A stretch of 64,000 bases of DNA from an uncultured Alphaproteobacteria bacterium (GCA_944390915.1 CALXRS010000003.1:11652-75651); one strand, 5' to 3'; shown: positions 37,933 through 48,118, counted from the first letter of the stretch. Translations and numbers: made by a program. Notes: generated by a model from the letters alone, not told the origin.

Positions 37933-38754
37933 ATGCCGAAAGTTTCCGTACTCATACCGTTTTACAATTCCGCCGCCTTTCTCGGACCGTGCATAGAAAG
38001 CGTGTTGCAACAGACTTATAAAGATTTTGAACTAATCCTGCTCAACGACGGTTCTACGGATAATTCCGAACAGATAGCCGAGGCATATGACGATCCGAGG
38101 ATAAGGTATTATGCCAACGAAAAAAATCTGGGCATACCGATCAGCCACAACAAACTGACGGATCTGGCCGCGGGCGAATATATGGCGCTTGTCGACAGCG
38201 ACAACCTGTGCCTGCCGGAACGCTTGGAAAAGCAGGTTGCCTATCTGGATAACCATCCGGACGTAACCATTGTCGGCAGTTGGGGAAAATTGTTTAACGC
38301 CATGCCGGCAAACAGTTTGTACGCAAAATTGAAAAAAGCCTTTATCAATCTCGGCTGGGTATGGTGCCAGCCCGAAAACGTCACTATAGAGGAAACACTG
38401 CGCGGTAACACTTGTATGCATTCGTCCATGATGATAAGGAAAAGCGATTTTATTAAGGCCGACATTCGTTACAATCCTTCTTTTGCCGTGGCCGAAGATT
38501 ATGATCTTTTGCGCCAGACACTGGTTGCCGGCCTGAAAATCCGCAACATACAGGAAGTTTTGTTCAAATATCAGCTGCACGGCGAAAATATATCCATTAC
38601 CAAAAAACAGCTGATGAAAGAGGCCGATGCCAGAGTGAAAGAGGATATCCGTCGGTTTTTGAAAATCGATAACGCCCGACCGTATCCTTATTGGCTGATT
38701 ATTTTGCGAAAATTGCGGCCGGATGTGTTGTTGAAACTGATGGGCGGAAAATAA
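37933..38754 (+). CDS. GT2 family glycosyltransferase (WcaA-like)
   Basis: 'VSVLIPFYNSAAFLGPCIESVLQQTYKDFELILLNDGSTDNS' and the 'VDSDN' DxD motif. Confidence 0.8.
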   Translation: MPKVSVLIPFYNSAAFLGPCIESVLQQTYKDFELILLNDGSTDNSEQIAEAYDDPRIRYYANEKNLGIPISHNKLTDLAAGEYMALVDSDNLCLPERLEKQVAYLDNHPDVTIVGSWGKLFNAMPANSLYAKLKKAFINLGWVWCQPENVTIEETLRGNTCMHSSMMIRKSDFIKADIRYNPSFAVAEDYDLLRQTLVAGLKIRNIQEVLFKYQLHGENISITKKQLMKEADARVKEDIRRFLKIDNARPYPYWLIILRKLRPDVLLKLMGGK

Positions 38755-38755
38755 A

Positions 38756-40450
38756 ATGCGGTCGGAACCTCTGTTCAATGATGACATATTCGGCGGCCTC
38801 TCTGCGCATTATCACTTTTTTTTCCTGCAAAACGATCTGTTTTTGTATACGCTTGCCGTGTTTTTGTTTATGGGGCTAAACTGTCTGGTGGTGCATTTTT
38901 TCTTTAAGCCCGCAAAAATATCGCTGTTACCGGCGGAAAAATATGTTTTTGCCGAAGCAGGCGCGCAAAAATGGGGAGGCTTGGCGGTTTTGGCCTTATC
39001 TTTTGCCGCTTATGCGGCGGCCACTTTGCTGCAGGAAAATACGCTGCTGAACAACTTTGATTTGATGAGCGTCAACGCCGTCAAAAACATGTATTTCGGA
39101 AATTTGCCGATTATCGATCCCATCCGCTTCACGCCGCTGGCCAATCTGGATCATAATTTTGTTTATGCCGTTACCCGCAATTATGCCGTTATCGGCATAT
39201 GGGTCGTCTTGAAACAGGTATTGTGTTTGTTTCTGCTCTATAAGTTTTTGGCGTTTATTCCCGTTGCCCGCAGACTGATTTTGCTGGCGGTTATAAATTT
39301 TCTGCCATCCGTTTTTGTTGTTAACAATATTATCTTTGCCGAGCAGCTGATTCTGATTTTTGTGCTGCTGAGTTTTATGTCTGCGGAAAAATATGCCGCA
39401 ACCCGTCAATTCAGATATCTTCTGGGTTTTGTCCTGTTTGTGAATTTGGGTATCTATACCAAGGAAACGACGGTTGTTTTTTATGCCGGATTGCTGGGGT
39501 TCCTGATTTTGGCACGGGTTTTCCGCGGCGATATCGTGCCGGCGTCGTTTTTGTCTCCGTTTAAGACGGCGGCTTCGATGCCGATGGAATATCTGCTGTT
39601 TTGGAGCCTGTTTGTTTTTGCCACGTTTTTCTTTCTGGTTCAGGAAGTGCCGGCGGTTTCCGCAGGCGGGTCGGATTTTCTGGTTATCGAAGACGCCTAT
39701 ATGAAAACGCATTACGCCCCGTTGCCGGTCGTGCTGGGGATTAACAAAATCGCTTTGTTTTTGTGCGTTGCAGCCTTAGTCTTATGGGGCGTCAAAGCGT
39801 TCAGGCAAAAAGGCCGGGGCAACTTTTTGTTTTTGGAAGGAGCGGTTTTCGCCAGCACGCTGGTCGCCGTCGTCATTGTTTTCGTGCTGCAAATTGTCGT
39901 TATGCCCGACTATTATAAAACCTATTATCTCTATCTGCCCGCCGTTTTTTGCACGGCCTATGTGTTTTATTTTCTGCGGCGGCCGGTGGTGTTGGCCTGT
40001 CTGTTCGTTCCGCTCGCGCTGTTTTCGGGGCTCGTCAACAAAGACACTTTTGAACGGGAAGAAGGCTCCGATCGACATGCCGCGGCGGCGTTTATCATTG
40101 CCGAAGCCAAAAAAAATCCGGTCGATATCTATATGTATTCCAGGGAGATAACCGCTCATAAATGGTGGAAAGTAACAGGTTGGGGAACGGCTCTAAAATA
40201 TCTTTATCCGCGCGGAGACATTACCGTCAAAACCTCTCTTAACCTGCCGAATTTTCATGTTGCGGAAGATTATTATTCTTACGAGGTGCGGCGCGGGCTG
40301 CCCATGCCCGGAGACTATTTTATGCTCCACAAAATAAATACGCCCGATTTTGTCCCCGGAGAAAACTACCGGTCGGTTTACGAAAACCGCATTTATAAAA
40401 TTTATTACATTGAGCCGCAAGATGATAATCGGACTGTATCGGAAAATTGA
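38756..40450 (+). CDS. GT-C fold membrane glycosyltransferase (ArnT/PMT-like), paralog 2
   Basis: Co-linear similarity to 36213..37892. For example 'LAVINFLPPVFWVNGIVYSEQ' aligns with 'LAVINFLPSVFVVNNIIFAEQ', 'IYTKETNILFY' with 'IYTKETTVVFY', and 'PDWYKTWYMYLPAVFCTAYIF' with 'PDYYKTYYLYLPAVFCTAYVF'. Confidence 0.55.
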   Translation: MRSEPLFNDDIFGGLSAHYHFFFLQNDLFLYTLAVFLFMGLNCLVVHFFFKPAKISLLPAEKYVFAEAGAQKWGGLAVLALSFAAYAAATLLQENTLLNNFDLMSVNAVKNMYFGNLPIIDPIRFTPLANLDHNFVYAVTRNYAVIGIWVVLKQVLCLFLLYKFLAFIPVARRLILLAVINFLPSVFVVNNIIFAEQLILIFVLLSFMSAEKYAATRQFRYLLGFVLFVNLGIYTKETTVVFYAGLLGFLILARVFRGDIVPASFLSPFKTAASMPMEYLLFWSLFVFATFFFLVQEVPAVSAGGSDFLVIEDAYMKTHYAPLPVVLGINKIALFLCVAALVLWGVKAFRQKGRGNFLFLEGAVFASTLVAVVIVFVLQIVVMPDYYKTYYLYLPAVFCTAYVFYFLRRPVVLACLFVPLALFSGLVNKDTFEREEGSDRHAAAAFIIAEAKKNPVDIYMYSREITAHKWWKVTGWGTALKYLYPRGDITVKTSLNLPNFHVAEDYYSYEVRRGLPMPGDYFMLHKINTPDFVPGENYRSVYENRIYKIYYIEPQDDNRTVSEN

Positions 40451-40844
40451 AAACCTCTGGTTTGCCTGGCCGCAAAAACTGCGCTTTCTTCTGGTCGGCG
40501 GTTTTAACACCGTTTTTTCCTACAGCTTGTTCGTGCTGATGGTGGCGGGGCTTGGCATTCCCTATCAGGCGGCCATTGCCGTCGGTTACGTTATCTCGAC
40601 AAATGTGTCGATTTTTACCATGCGTTACTATGTCTTCCGCTCTTGCGGCAACCTGCGGCGGGAATACGCCAAAGCCTTCGGCGTCTATTTGGCAACGATG
40701 TTTTTGAATTATGTTTTTATGTATCTGACGGTTGACGTTTGGAGCGTAAACGAGATTTTGGCACAGGGCATATATACGGTCATAATCACCGTTTTTACCT
40801 ACCTGATGCACAAATATTTTTCTTTTCGTCAGCCGGCCAGATAG
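40425..40844 (+). CDS. GtrA-family small membrane protein (putative polyprenyl-P-sugar flippase)
   Basis: About 139 aa, 4 TM. 'LRFLLVGGFNTVFSYSLFVLM' is the GtrA-like N-terminal motif. It overlaps the end of the upstream GT-C gene. Confidence 0.6.
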   Translation: MIGLYRKIENLWFAWPQKLRFLLVGGFNTVFSYSLFVLMVAGLGIPYQAAIAVGYVISTNVSIFTMRYYVFRSCGNLRREYAKAFGVYLATMFLNYVFMYLTVDVWSVNEILAQGIYTVIITVFTYLMHKYFSFRQPAR

Positions 40845-42913
40845 GTTTTGACCGCCTCGTTGCGTTCAAACAGGTAGAGCAGGGTTCGCAAAGCCTGTCC
40901 GCGCGGGGAGGCAAGTTCCGGATCGGCGGCGGCAACCATCCGCGCGTCTTTGTTGGCGGTAAAAAGCAGCGGCTGATGTTCGGGCATCCGCGCCAGCAAA
41001 AACTGTTCGCCGCCGCTTTGGCGGGTGCCCAGAATCTCTCCGCCGCCGCGCAGTTTCAGGTCTTCTTCGGCAATGACAAAGCCGTCTTCGGTTTCGCGCA
41101 TGATGTTGAGGCGCGCGCGGGCGGTAGCGCTGAGCGGGTAACCGTAAAGCAGCAGACAGGTGGCGGGTTTGGCGCCCCGTTTGACGCGGCCGCGCAGCTG
41201 GTGCAGCTGCGCCAGACCGAAGCGTTCGGCATGTTCGATAATCATCACCGTGGCCTCGGGAACATTAACCCCCACTTCAATCACGGTGGTGGCCACCAGC
41301 AGTTTGATCGCGCCGGACTTGAAGCGCTCCATGATTTCGTCTTTTTCCTTTTCTTTCATTTTGCCGTGTATCAGCCCGACGTCCGCGCCGAAGGTTTTGC
41401 GCAAAATATCGTAGCGCTCCTCGGCGGCGGCCAAATCCGTCTTTTCCGATTCTTCTACCAGCGGACATACCCAGTACACTCTTTCGCCGGTCTCAATTTT
41501 GCGTTTGACGGCGGCAATGACGTCGCTCGTTTTTTCAAGCGGCATCACCCGAGTGTCAACCGGTTTGCGCCCGGCCGGCAGTTCGTCGATTTTGGAATAT
41601 TCCATGTCGCCGAAAGCCGTCAGCACCAATGTCCGCGGGATGGGCGTGGCGGTCATGACCAGCACGTCGGCGCGGCGGCCTTTGTCGGCCAGCCCCAGCC
41701 GTTGCCGCACGCCGAAACGGTGCTGTTCGTCGATAACCGCGCAGGCCAGATCGGCAAAAGCCACGTCTTCCGTAAACAGGGCATGGGTGCCGACCAGAAT
41801 GTCGATTTTGCCGTTTTGCAGTTCAGCCAGCAGTTCTTTCCTGGCCTTGCCTTTTATCTTGCCGGTCAAAAGCGCCGTTTTTACACCGATTTTATCGGTA
41901 AGCGGGGCAATGCTGTCAAAATGCTGTTTGGCCAAAATTTCCGTCGGCGCCATAATGGCCGCCTGCGCGCCGCATTCCACGGCGTTGAGCATGGCAAGCA
42001 GGGCAACGACGGTTTTGCCGCTGCCGACATCGCCTTGCAGCAATCTCAGCATCCGCCAGGGGGAGGCCTGATCGGCGTAAATTTCTTTTAATACGCGTTC
42101 CTGCGCGTCGGTGAGAGAAAAGGACAGCCCGGCCTGCACCTGCCGGCGGAGACTCCCGTCACCGGCAATTTGCCGGCCGCTTTGTTTTTTGGCTTTTTCG
42201 CGCACCAGCGCCAGAGCCAGCTGGTTGGCGAGCAGTTCGTCATAGGCCAGCCGCCGGCGTGCGGGAGACAAAGGCGACAAATCGTCGACGCTTTGGGGGT
42301 GGTGCGCCCGGTTCAGGGCTTCGGCAAAAGAGGGCATTTTTTCCTGCTGCTTAAAATGCGGTTCCAACCATTCGGGCAGAGCGGGCAGGGCAGCCAGAGC
42401 GGCGGCTGTCAGCCGGCGGACGAACTTGTTGGTAATGCCTGCCGTTAACCCGTAGACCGGTTCGATTTCGGGAATAAGGGCGCTGTTTTCGGGGGTAACG
42501 ATATAATCGGGATGGCTCATCTGCCAGCGGCCGTTAAACAGCTCGGCGCGGCCGCTGACGATCCGTTCGCCGCCGACGGGCAGATTTTTGGCAATAGATT
42601 CCGGATAGACTTTGAAAAAGACCAGCGCCAGCATGTTGCCGGCGTCGTCTTCGGTCCACACCGTATAGGGTTGTTTGCGGTTTTTCGGGGGCGTGTGCTC
42701 GACCACGCGGATTTTGACGGTGTTGATTTCGCCGTTTTTCATCCGGGTAACGTTACTAACGCGCCGCCTGTCGTTAACGGCATAGGGCAAATGCCAGAGC
42801 AGGTCGGCAACTTTTTCCGCCTCGATATTGGCCAGCAGCCGGGCGTGTTTTTCGCCGACGCCGCGGATGGAAGAAACGGGAGCAAACAGAGGATATAAAA
42901 CGGACGGGCGCAT
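40829..42913 (-). CDS. recG: ATP-dependent DNA helicase RecG
   Basis: Wedge domain followed by helicase motifs 'GDVGSGKTVVA', 'DEQHRFG', 'MTATPIPRT' and 'QLRGRVKRG'. Confidence 0.95.
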   Translation of the reverse strand: MRPSVLYPLFAPVSSIRGVGEKHARLLANIEAEKVADLLWHLPYAVNDRRRVSNVTRMKNGEINTVKIRVVEHTPPKNRKQPYTVWTEDDAGNMLALVFFKVYPESIAKNLPVGGERIVSGRAELFNGRWQMSHPDYIVTPENSALIPEIEPVYGLTAGITNKFVRRLTAAALAALPALPEWLEPHFKQQEKMPSFAEALNRAHHPQSVDDLSPLSPARRRLAYDELLANQLALALVREKAKKQSGRQIAGDGSLRRQVQAGLSFSLTDAQERVLKEIYADQASPWRMLRLLQGDVGSGKTVVALLAMLNAVECGAQAAIMAPTEILAKQHFDSIAPLTDKIGVKTALLTGKIKGKARKELLAELQNGKIDILVGTHALFTEDVAFADLACAVIDEQHRFGVRQRLGLADKGRRADVLVMTATPIPRTLVLTAFGDMEYSKIDELPAGRKPVDTRVMPLEKTSDVIAAVKRKIETGERVYWVCPLVEESEKTDLAAAEERYDILRKTFGADVGLIHGKMKEKEKDEIMERFKSGAIKLLVATTVIEVGVNVPEATVMIIEHAERFGLAQLHQLRGRVKRGAKPATCLLLYGYPLSATARARLNIMRETEDGFVIAEEDLKLRGGGEILGTRQSGGEQFLLARMPEHQPLLFTANKDARMVAAADPELASPRGQALRTLLYLFERNEAVKTYLAG

Positions 42914-42997
42914 TTGTTACTGCCTGAAAAAATTGTTGCCATTATGCGCGATTGTATATATTTTTGGAAAAGATGTAAACCGCGAAGAACAACAACC

Positions 42998-45900
42998 ATG
43001 GAAAAATCCGCCGATTATAAACAAAACACCGTTTCTTCCGTCTGCGAAGGTTACGAGCCGTTTGCGGTTGCCGACCTGTGGCGGCAAAGCAAAACGGATA
43101 TTCTGTATATAGCAAGCGACGGCGTCGCTTTGGAACAAAACGCCGATATTTTGCAGATGCTGCTGCCGACGGCGGAAATTTTGCGTTTTCCGGCGTGGGA
43201 CACGGTGCCTTACGATCGCGTGTCGCCAAACACGAACATCGTTTCCGTGCGGACGGATACCCTCGGCCGGCTGGCTTTTGCTCCGGAAGGAAAAAAGCCG
43301 CGGATTGTGGCCGCGAGCATCGGCTCGGTGCTGCAAAAACTGCCGCCCAAACGGGTTTTTCTCAACGCGCTGAAAGAAGTCAGAGTCGGCGAAAACATAA
43401 ATTTCAACAATTTTCTGCATTATGTGTCGATTAACGGCTATACCCGGGTGGAGCAGGTGATGGAACCCGGCGAATATGCCGTCAGAGGCGATATTCTGGA
43501 TATTTTTCCGACCGGTGCGGAAGAGCCTTTGCGGATAGATCTGTTTGGCGACGAAGTGGAAAAAATCCGCAGTTTCGACGTGCTGAGCCAGCGCACCACC
43601 GGCGAAAAGAAAAGCTATCTTTTTCAGGCGGCGGGCGAAGTGGTGCTGGACGAAAACACCGTCAAAACCTTCCGCGGCCGCTATCGGGAAGCTTTCGGTG
43701 CGGCTTTCAAGGACGACGAAATTTACGAAGCCGTTTCCGCCGGACGCAAATATATGGGCATGGAAAACTGGCTGCCGTTTTTTTACGACGAACCGCTGCC
43801 GTCGCTGTTTGACTATCTGCCGCGGGCAACCGTTGTCATCGGCAGAGGTGTCGACGCCGCTCTGGAAGGAAAATGCGAGAGCATCGCCGACCATTATGCC
43901 GCCCGGCTCGAAGCCCTGAAGATAAAAAACGGCGACGAAACGGATGTTTATCGTCCGGTTGCCCCGGAACTGATGTTCTTAAACGAAAATGACTTTGCCG
44001 GCCTTGCCGCCCGCCGACAGGCAACCTTTTTAACCGGACTGAACCTCCCCGACGGAGAAAACAACAAAGACTCCGGCGTGCTTCCGGGGCGCGATTTTTC
44101 GGCTGCCAAAAGCATGGGCGGGGCGCAGGTTTATGCCGAACTTTTGAATTATCTGAACGAATATGCCCGCTTAAAAAGGATTGTCTGCTGCTACACTCCC
44201 GGTTCACGGGAACGCCTGTTTTCGCTGATAAACGACGCCAAAAGCGACGGACCTTGTGCCGATACGGAATTTGTTTATGCCGACGGCTGGCAGGAAGCCT
44301 GCGACAAAGCCGCCGGCAAACGGGTGCCGCTGCTGGTGATGCCGCTGCCCCACGGTTTTCGCGGCGACGGGCTGTGTCTGGTTGCCGAACAGGACATTTT
44401 GGGCGCCCGCCGCCACCGTCGCGCGGGCAAAAAAGCCGGTTCCAAAGATTTTATCGCCGATTTGTCGGCACTTACCGTCGGCGAACTGGTGGTGCATATC
44501 GAACACGGCATCGGTCGTTTTATGGGGCTGGAAACCATTACCGCCGGCGGGGCGCCGCACGACTGTCTGAAAATCGTCTATGCCAACGACGACAAGCTTT
44601 TTGTGCCGGTGGAAAACATCGAAACCGTCTCCCGCTACGGGGCGGACGATGACGACGCCCGTCTCGACACGCTCGGCGGCGGCGCCTGGGAGGCCAAAAA
44701 AGCCAAAGTCAAAAAACGCATTCATGAAATTGCCGAAAAGTTGATTGCCGTCGCGGCGCAAAGACAGCTGAAAAAAGCGGAAATTTTTGTGCCGCCGGAA
44801 GGCGCGTATGATGAATTTTGCGCCGGTTTTCCCTATACGGAAACCGACGACCAGTTAAACGCCATCGGCGATGTTCTGGGCGATTTGGCGGCCGGCATAC
44901 CGATGGACAGGCTGGTTTGCGGCGACGTCGGTTTCGGCAAAACCGAAGTTGCTCTCCGCGCGGCTTTCACGGTGGCCATGTCCGGCGCGCAGACGGCGCT
45001 GATTGTGCCGACGACCCTGCTTGCCCGCCAGCATTATTACAATTTTTGCCAGCGGATGACGGGTTTTCCGCTCAATGTGGCCATGCTTTCGCGCCTGCAA
45101 TCGGCGGCGGAGGCGAAAAAAATCAAAGAAGGCCTGAAAACCGGCGCCGTCGACATTGTCATCGGCACCCATGCGCTGCTTGCCGATAATATTGAATTTG
45201 CCGATCTCGGGCTGCTGATTATTGATGAAGAGCAGCATTTCGGCGTGGTTCATAAGGAAAAACTGAAAAATCTGAAAGCCGACGTGCATGTGCTGACGCT
45301 GACCGCAACCCCCATCCCGAGAACGCTGCAAATGTCGCTGACCGGCGTTAAACAGCTGTCGATTATCGCCACCCCGCCGGTCGACCGGCTGGCCGCCCGC
45401 ACTTTTGTAATGCCTTTTGACGGGGTGATGATAAAAGAAGCCATCTACCGCGAAAAATACCGCGGCGGACAGACGTTTGTGGTTTGTCCGCGCGTTTCCG
45501 ACCTTGCCCGCGTGTACGATATTTTGCAGGAACTGGCGCCGGATGCCAAAATTCTGGTTGCCCACGGGCAGATGCCGGTTAAACATCTGGAAGAGGTGAT
45601 GAACGAATTTGCCGACCGCAAAGGCGATATTTTGCTTTCAACCACCATTATCGAGTCCGGCATCGACATGCCCACGGTCAACACCATGATCGTCTATCGG
45701 GCGGACATGTTCGGTCTGGCGCAGCTCTACCAGCTTCGCGGTCGCATCGGCCGCTCCAAAGTGCGCGGCTATTGTTATTTTACCGTGCCGGCGCAAAAAC
45801 ACCTGAAACCGGTTGCCGCCCGCCGTCTGAGCATTTTGCAGGCTCTGGACAGCCTGGGCGCGGGCTTTTCGCTTGCCAGTCACGATATGGATATCCGCGG

Positions 45901-46477
45901 TTCCGGCAACATCCTCGGCGAGGAGCAGTCCGGACATATCAAAGAGGTGGGTATAGCCCTTTATCATCATATGCTGGAAGAGGAAATTGCCCGCCTTAAA
46001 GCCGGCGCAAATGCGGAAGACAGGCCCGCCGCCGACTGGAGCCCGCAGATTGTAACCGGCGTGCCGATTATGATTCCCGAAAACTATGTCCGCGATCTCG
46101 GCGTCCGTCTCGGTTTGTACAAGCGTATCGGCGGTTTGGAAACGCCGGAAGCGCTGCTTGACATGCGCGAAGAACTGGCCGATCGTTTCGGCGCCATTCC
46201 GCCGGAAGTGGAAAACCTCTTGAAAACGGTGGAAATCCGCCAGTTGTGCAAAGCGGCCAATATCGAAAAGATAGATGCCGGCGCCAAAGGCTTTTTGCTT
46301 GCCTTTCACAACAATGTTTTCCGCGCGCCGGAAAAACTGGTGGACATGGTTGCCCGCTCGTTCGGCGCCATGAAGGTGCGTCCGGATCAGAAAATTCTGG
46401 TCAGCAGGGATTTGGCAGCCTATAATGTCAGACTGGAAGCCATCCGCGACTGCGTTGCCCGCATCAACCGTCTGTAG
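42998..46477 (+). CDS. mfd: transcription-repair coupling factor Mfd
   Basis: UvrB-homology N-terminus, RNAP-interaction domain, helicase motifs 'GDVGFGKTEVA', 'DEEQHFGV', 'LTATPIPRT', and a TRG motif. The start is uncertain: ATG 42998 (MEKSADY) is preferred over the ORF-track start at 42914. Divergent from recG. Confidence 0.9.
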   Translation: MEKSADYKQNTVSSVCEGYEPFAVADLWRQSKTDILYIASDGVALEQNADILQMLLPTAEILRFPAWDTVPYDRVSPNTNIVSVRTDTLGRLAFAPEGKKPRIVAASIGSVLQKLPPKRVFLNALKEVRVGENINFNNFLHYVSINGYTRVEQVMEPGEYAVRGDILDIFPTGAEEPLRIDLFGDEVEKIRSFDVLSQRTTGEKKSYLFQAAGEVVLDENTVKTFRGRYREAFGAAFKDDEIYEAVSAGRKYMGMENWLPFFYDEPLPSLFDYLPRATVVIGRGVDAALEGKCESIADHYAARLEALKIKNGDETDVYRPVAPELMFLNENDFAGLAARRQATFLTGLNLPDGENNKDSGVLPGRDFSAAKSMGGAQVYAELLNYLNEYARLKRIVCCYTPGSRERLFSLINDAKSDGPCADTEFVYADGWQEACDKAAGKRVPLLVMPLPHGFRGDGLCLVAEQDILGARRHRRAGKKAGSKDFIADLSALTVGELVVHIEHGIGRFMGLETITAGGAPHDCLKIVYANDDKLFVPVENIETVSRYGADDDDARLDTLGGGAWEAKKAKVKKRIHEIAEKLIAVAAQRQLKKAEIFVPPEGAYDEFCAGFPYTETDDQLNAIGDVLGDLAAGIPMDRLVCGDVGFGKTEVALRAAFTVAMSGAQTALIVPTTLLARQHYYNFCQRMTGFPLNVAMLSRLQSAAEAKKIKEGLKTGAVDIVIGTHALLADNIEFADLGLLIIDEEQHFGVVHKEKLKNLKADVHVLTLTATPIPRTLQMSLTGVKQLSIIATPPVDRLAARTFVMPFDGVMIKEAIYREKYRGGQTFVVCPRVSDLARVYDILQELAPDAKILVAHGQMPVKHLEEVMNEFADRKGDILLSTTIIESGIDMPTVNTMIVYRADMFGLAQLYQLRGRIGRSKVRGYCYFTVPAQKHLKPVAARRLSILQALDSLGAGFSLASHDMDIRGSGNILGEEQSGHIKEVGIALYHHMLEEEIARLKAGANAEDRPAADWSPQIVTGVPIMIPENYVRDLGVRLGLYKRIGGLETPEALLDMREELADRFGAIPPEVENLLKTVEIRQLCKAANIEKIDAGAKGFLLAFHNNVFRAPEKLVDMVARSFGAMKVRPDQKILVSRDLAAYNVRLEAIRDCVARINRL

Positions 46478-46546
46478 CGCGCACCACCGCCGGCAACAAT
46501 CCGCCCCGCGCGGACATAAAGATTTTCTAATCATCCACAAAAAAAA

Positions 46547-46571
46547 TCCCCGAAAACAAATTCTTCGGGGA
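46547..46571. terminator. intrinsic terminator hairpin (ccccgaa…ttcgggg) with T8 on the minus strand; serves the DUF192 gene and possibly mfd
   Basis: Read directly. Confidence 0.6.
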
Positions 46572-46603
46572 ATTTTCTTGAAATTTTGCGTGAAATGTTT
46601 TTG

Positions 46604-47173
46604 TTATTCCGCTGTTTTTGCAGAAGTTTCCGTCACGTCTTCTCTGGGGTCCGCAATCGGTTCATCTTCGGCGGACGCCTCATTGCTCTCCGCAGTTTCC
46701 GCAGCGGCGGATTTTTCCGTTTCGGCAGCGCCGAAAAGTTTGTATTCGACCGTATCGCCGATTTCTATGCCTTTAGCTTTAACTTCGCCGGCATTAACTT
46801 CCAACACGGCGTGAGCCGGGTAGGGGGCAACGATAATTTTTACGGAATCGGGCGCGGCATTTTCGTAAATCCAATAAATCATGCCGTCTTGATCGATAAA
46901 GAGCATATCCAATCCGATTTTTGTATCTTTCATCCACATGGCCGTCGGCACGTCGATAAACTGCGACAAGTCAAAAATCATGCCGGAATCTTTGTCAAGA
47001 GAAGTGCGGTTCATCAGTCCGGTGGTCAGTTCGTCGCGTGTTTGCGCCAGTTCAACTTTATAAACCGTTTTATTACCGGCCTCGTCGGTAATAATCAGTT
47101 CTTCGCGGTTGTCGTTATCAGAACAGGCCGCCAGCGCCAGCATCATGGTAAAAAGGGTGAAAATTTTAGACAT
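46604..47173 (-). CDS. DUF192 (COG1430) lipoprotein
   Basis: Lipobox 'LALAACS'. 'GLMNRTSLDKDSGMIFD…PTAMWMKDTKIGLDMLFIDQDGMI…VLEVNAG' is the DUF192 pattern. Confidence 0.65.
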   Translation of the reverse strand: MSKIFTLFTMMLALAACSDNDNREELIITDEAGNKTVYKVELAQTRDELTTGLMNRTSLDKDSGMIFDLSQFIDVPTAMWMKDTKIGLDMLFIDQDGMIYWIYENAAPDSVKIIVAPYPAHAVLEVNAGEVKAKGIEIGDTVEYKLFGAAETEKSAAAETAESNEASAEDEPIADPREDVTETSAKTAE

Positions 47174-47336
47174 TGTTTGTTCCTCCGTATTCAACTACTG
47201 CTGAAATAGTATAACAAGATTATTAAAAAGACAAACTTTTTTAAAAAAATTTTGAATTTTGTTTTTTGCCCTTGTTTTCTTGTTCGTCATAAGTTAGAAC
47301 TATAAACAGCAAAAAAATATGACAGCGGGTTAACTT

Positions 47337-48113
47337 ATGATGCAAAAAATACGATACCTAAAATTTATGTTGGCGGCGGCAGGCATGGCGATGGTCGGCG
47401 CCTGCGCTTCGGATGTTGCGACGACAAAAGAAACAAAACCGGAAAATCAAAAAGCCATAGAAACATATCGGCCGATACATCGGCAGTTGAAGGCGACCGA
47501 CACTCTCGGTTCGGATGCCATCAACGCGGCTTACGAAGACAAGACGGAAGCCGCAGACGCGTCTTTGTTGGTAAACCGTGGCGACAAGGCCGAAGCGGTA
47601 TTGGACAAGGAAAAGGAATTTAAGAAAATTCTGACCGACGAAAAAAGAAAAAAATTGCAACGGGAGAAAAAAGAAAACTCAGCCGCCGAACAGCCCGCAA
47701 AAAAACAGTCCGAAACAACCAAAACGGAAATTCCGGTTGTGAGGACGGAAGCCTCCGTCGCTTATCAGGCGACAACGGTGTTTTTTGCCGACGGCAGCGC
47801 AAACGTGGCCGCCGAATATAACGACGAAATCCGACAGATTGCCCGTCTGGCCAAAGAAAAAAATGCCCATGTCACGGTTTACGGCTTTGCTTCCAGCCGC
47901 ACGCGCGACATGGATGCGGCCGCCCACAAACTGGCCAATTTCAAAATTTCTCTGAAACGGGCGGAAAACGTTGCCGCCGCTCTCGTTAAGGCCGGTGCGC
48001 CGAAAAATTCGGTGGCGATCGAGGCTTTGTCCGACAGCCGTCCGCTTTATTCGGAAGCAATGCCGTCGGGCGAACGGATGAACCGCCGCGCCGAAATTTA
48101 TGTGAGCTACTGA
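47337..48113 (+). CDS. OmpA-like peptidoglycan-binding lipoprotein
   Basis: Lipobox 'MVGACAS'. The C-terminal 'TVYGFASSRT…NFKISLKRAENVAAALVKAGAP…NRRAEIYV' is OmpA_C-like. Confidence 0.7.
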   Translation: MMQKIRYLKFMLAAAGMAMVGACASDVATTKETKPENQKAIETYRPIHRQLKATDTLGSDAINAAYEDKTEAADASLLVNRGDKAEAVLDKEKEFKKILTDEKRKKLQREKKENSAAEQPAKKQSETTKTEIPVVRTEASVAYQATTVFFADGSANVAAEYNDEIRQIARLAKEKNAHVTVYGFASSRTRDMDAAAHKLANFKISLKRAENVAAALVKAGAPKNSVAIEALSDSRPLYSEAMPSGERMNRRAEIYVSY

Positions 48114-48118
48114 AATAA

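Noticed and set aside
40739-42091. 450-aa ORF antisense to recG, and similar shadow ORFs (23016..24191, 28366..29421, 30790..31656, 44204..44761, 44855..45586, 45638..46540, 48983..49900, 52757..53812, 53359..54237, 61213..62223, 63305..63883)
   Set aside because: All lie within strongly supported genes on the opposite strand and are Arg/Gly/Ala-rich with no motifs. They are shadow ORFs of a high-GC coding strand.
42914-42997. Longer Mfd start at 42914 (MLLPEKIVAIMRDCIYFWKRC…)
   Set aside because: The extra 28 residues are Cys/Trp/Arg-rich and unlike any Mfd N-terminus. The conserved N-terminus begins near MEKSADY (42998). It would also abut the recG start with zero intergenic space. Kept only as an alternative.
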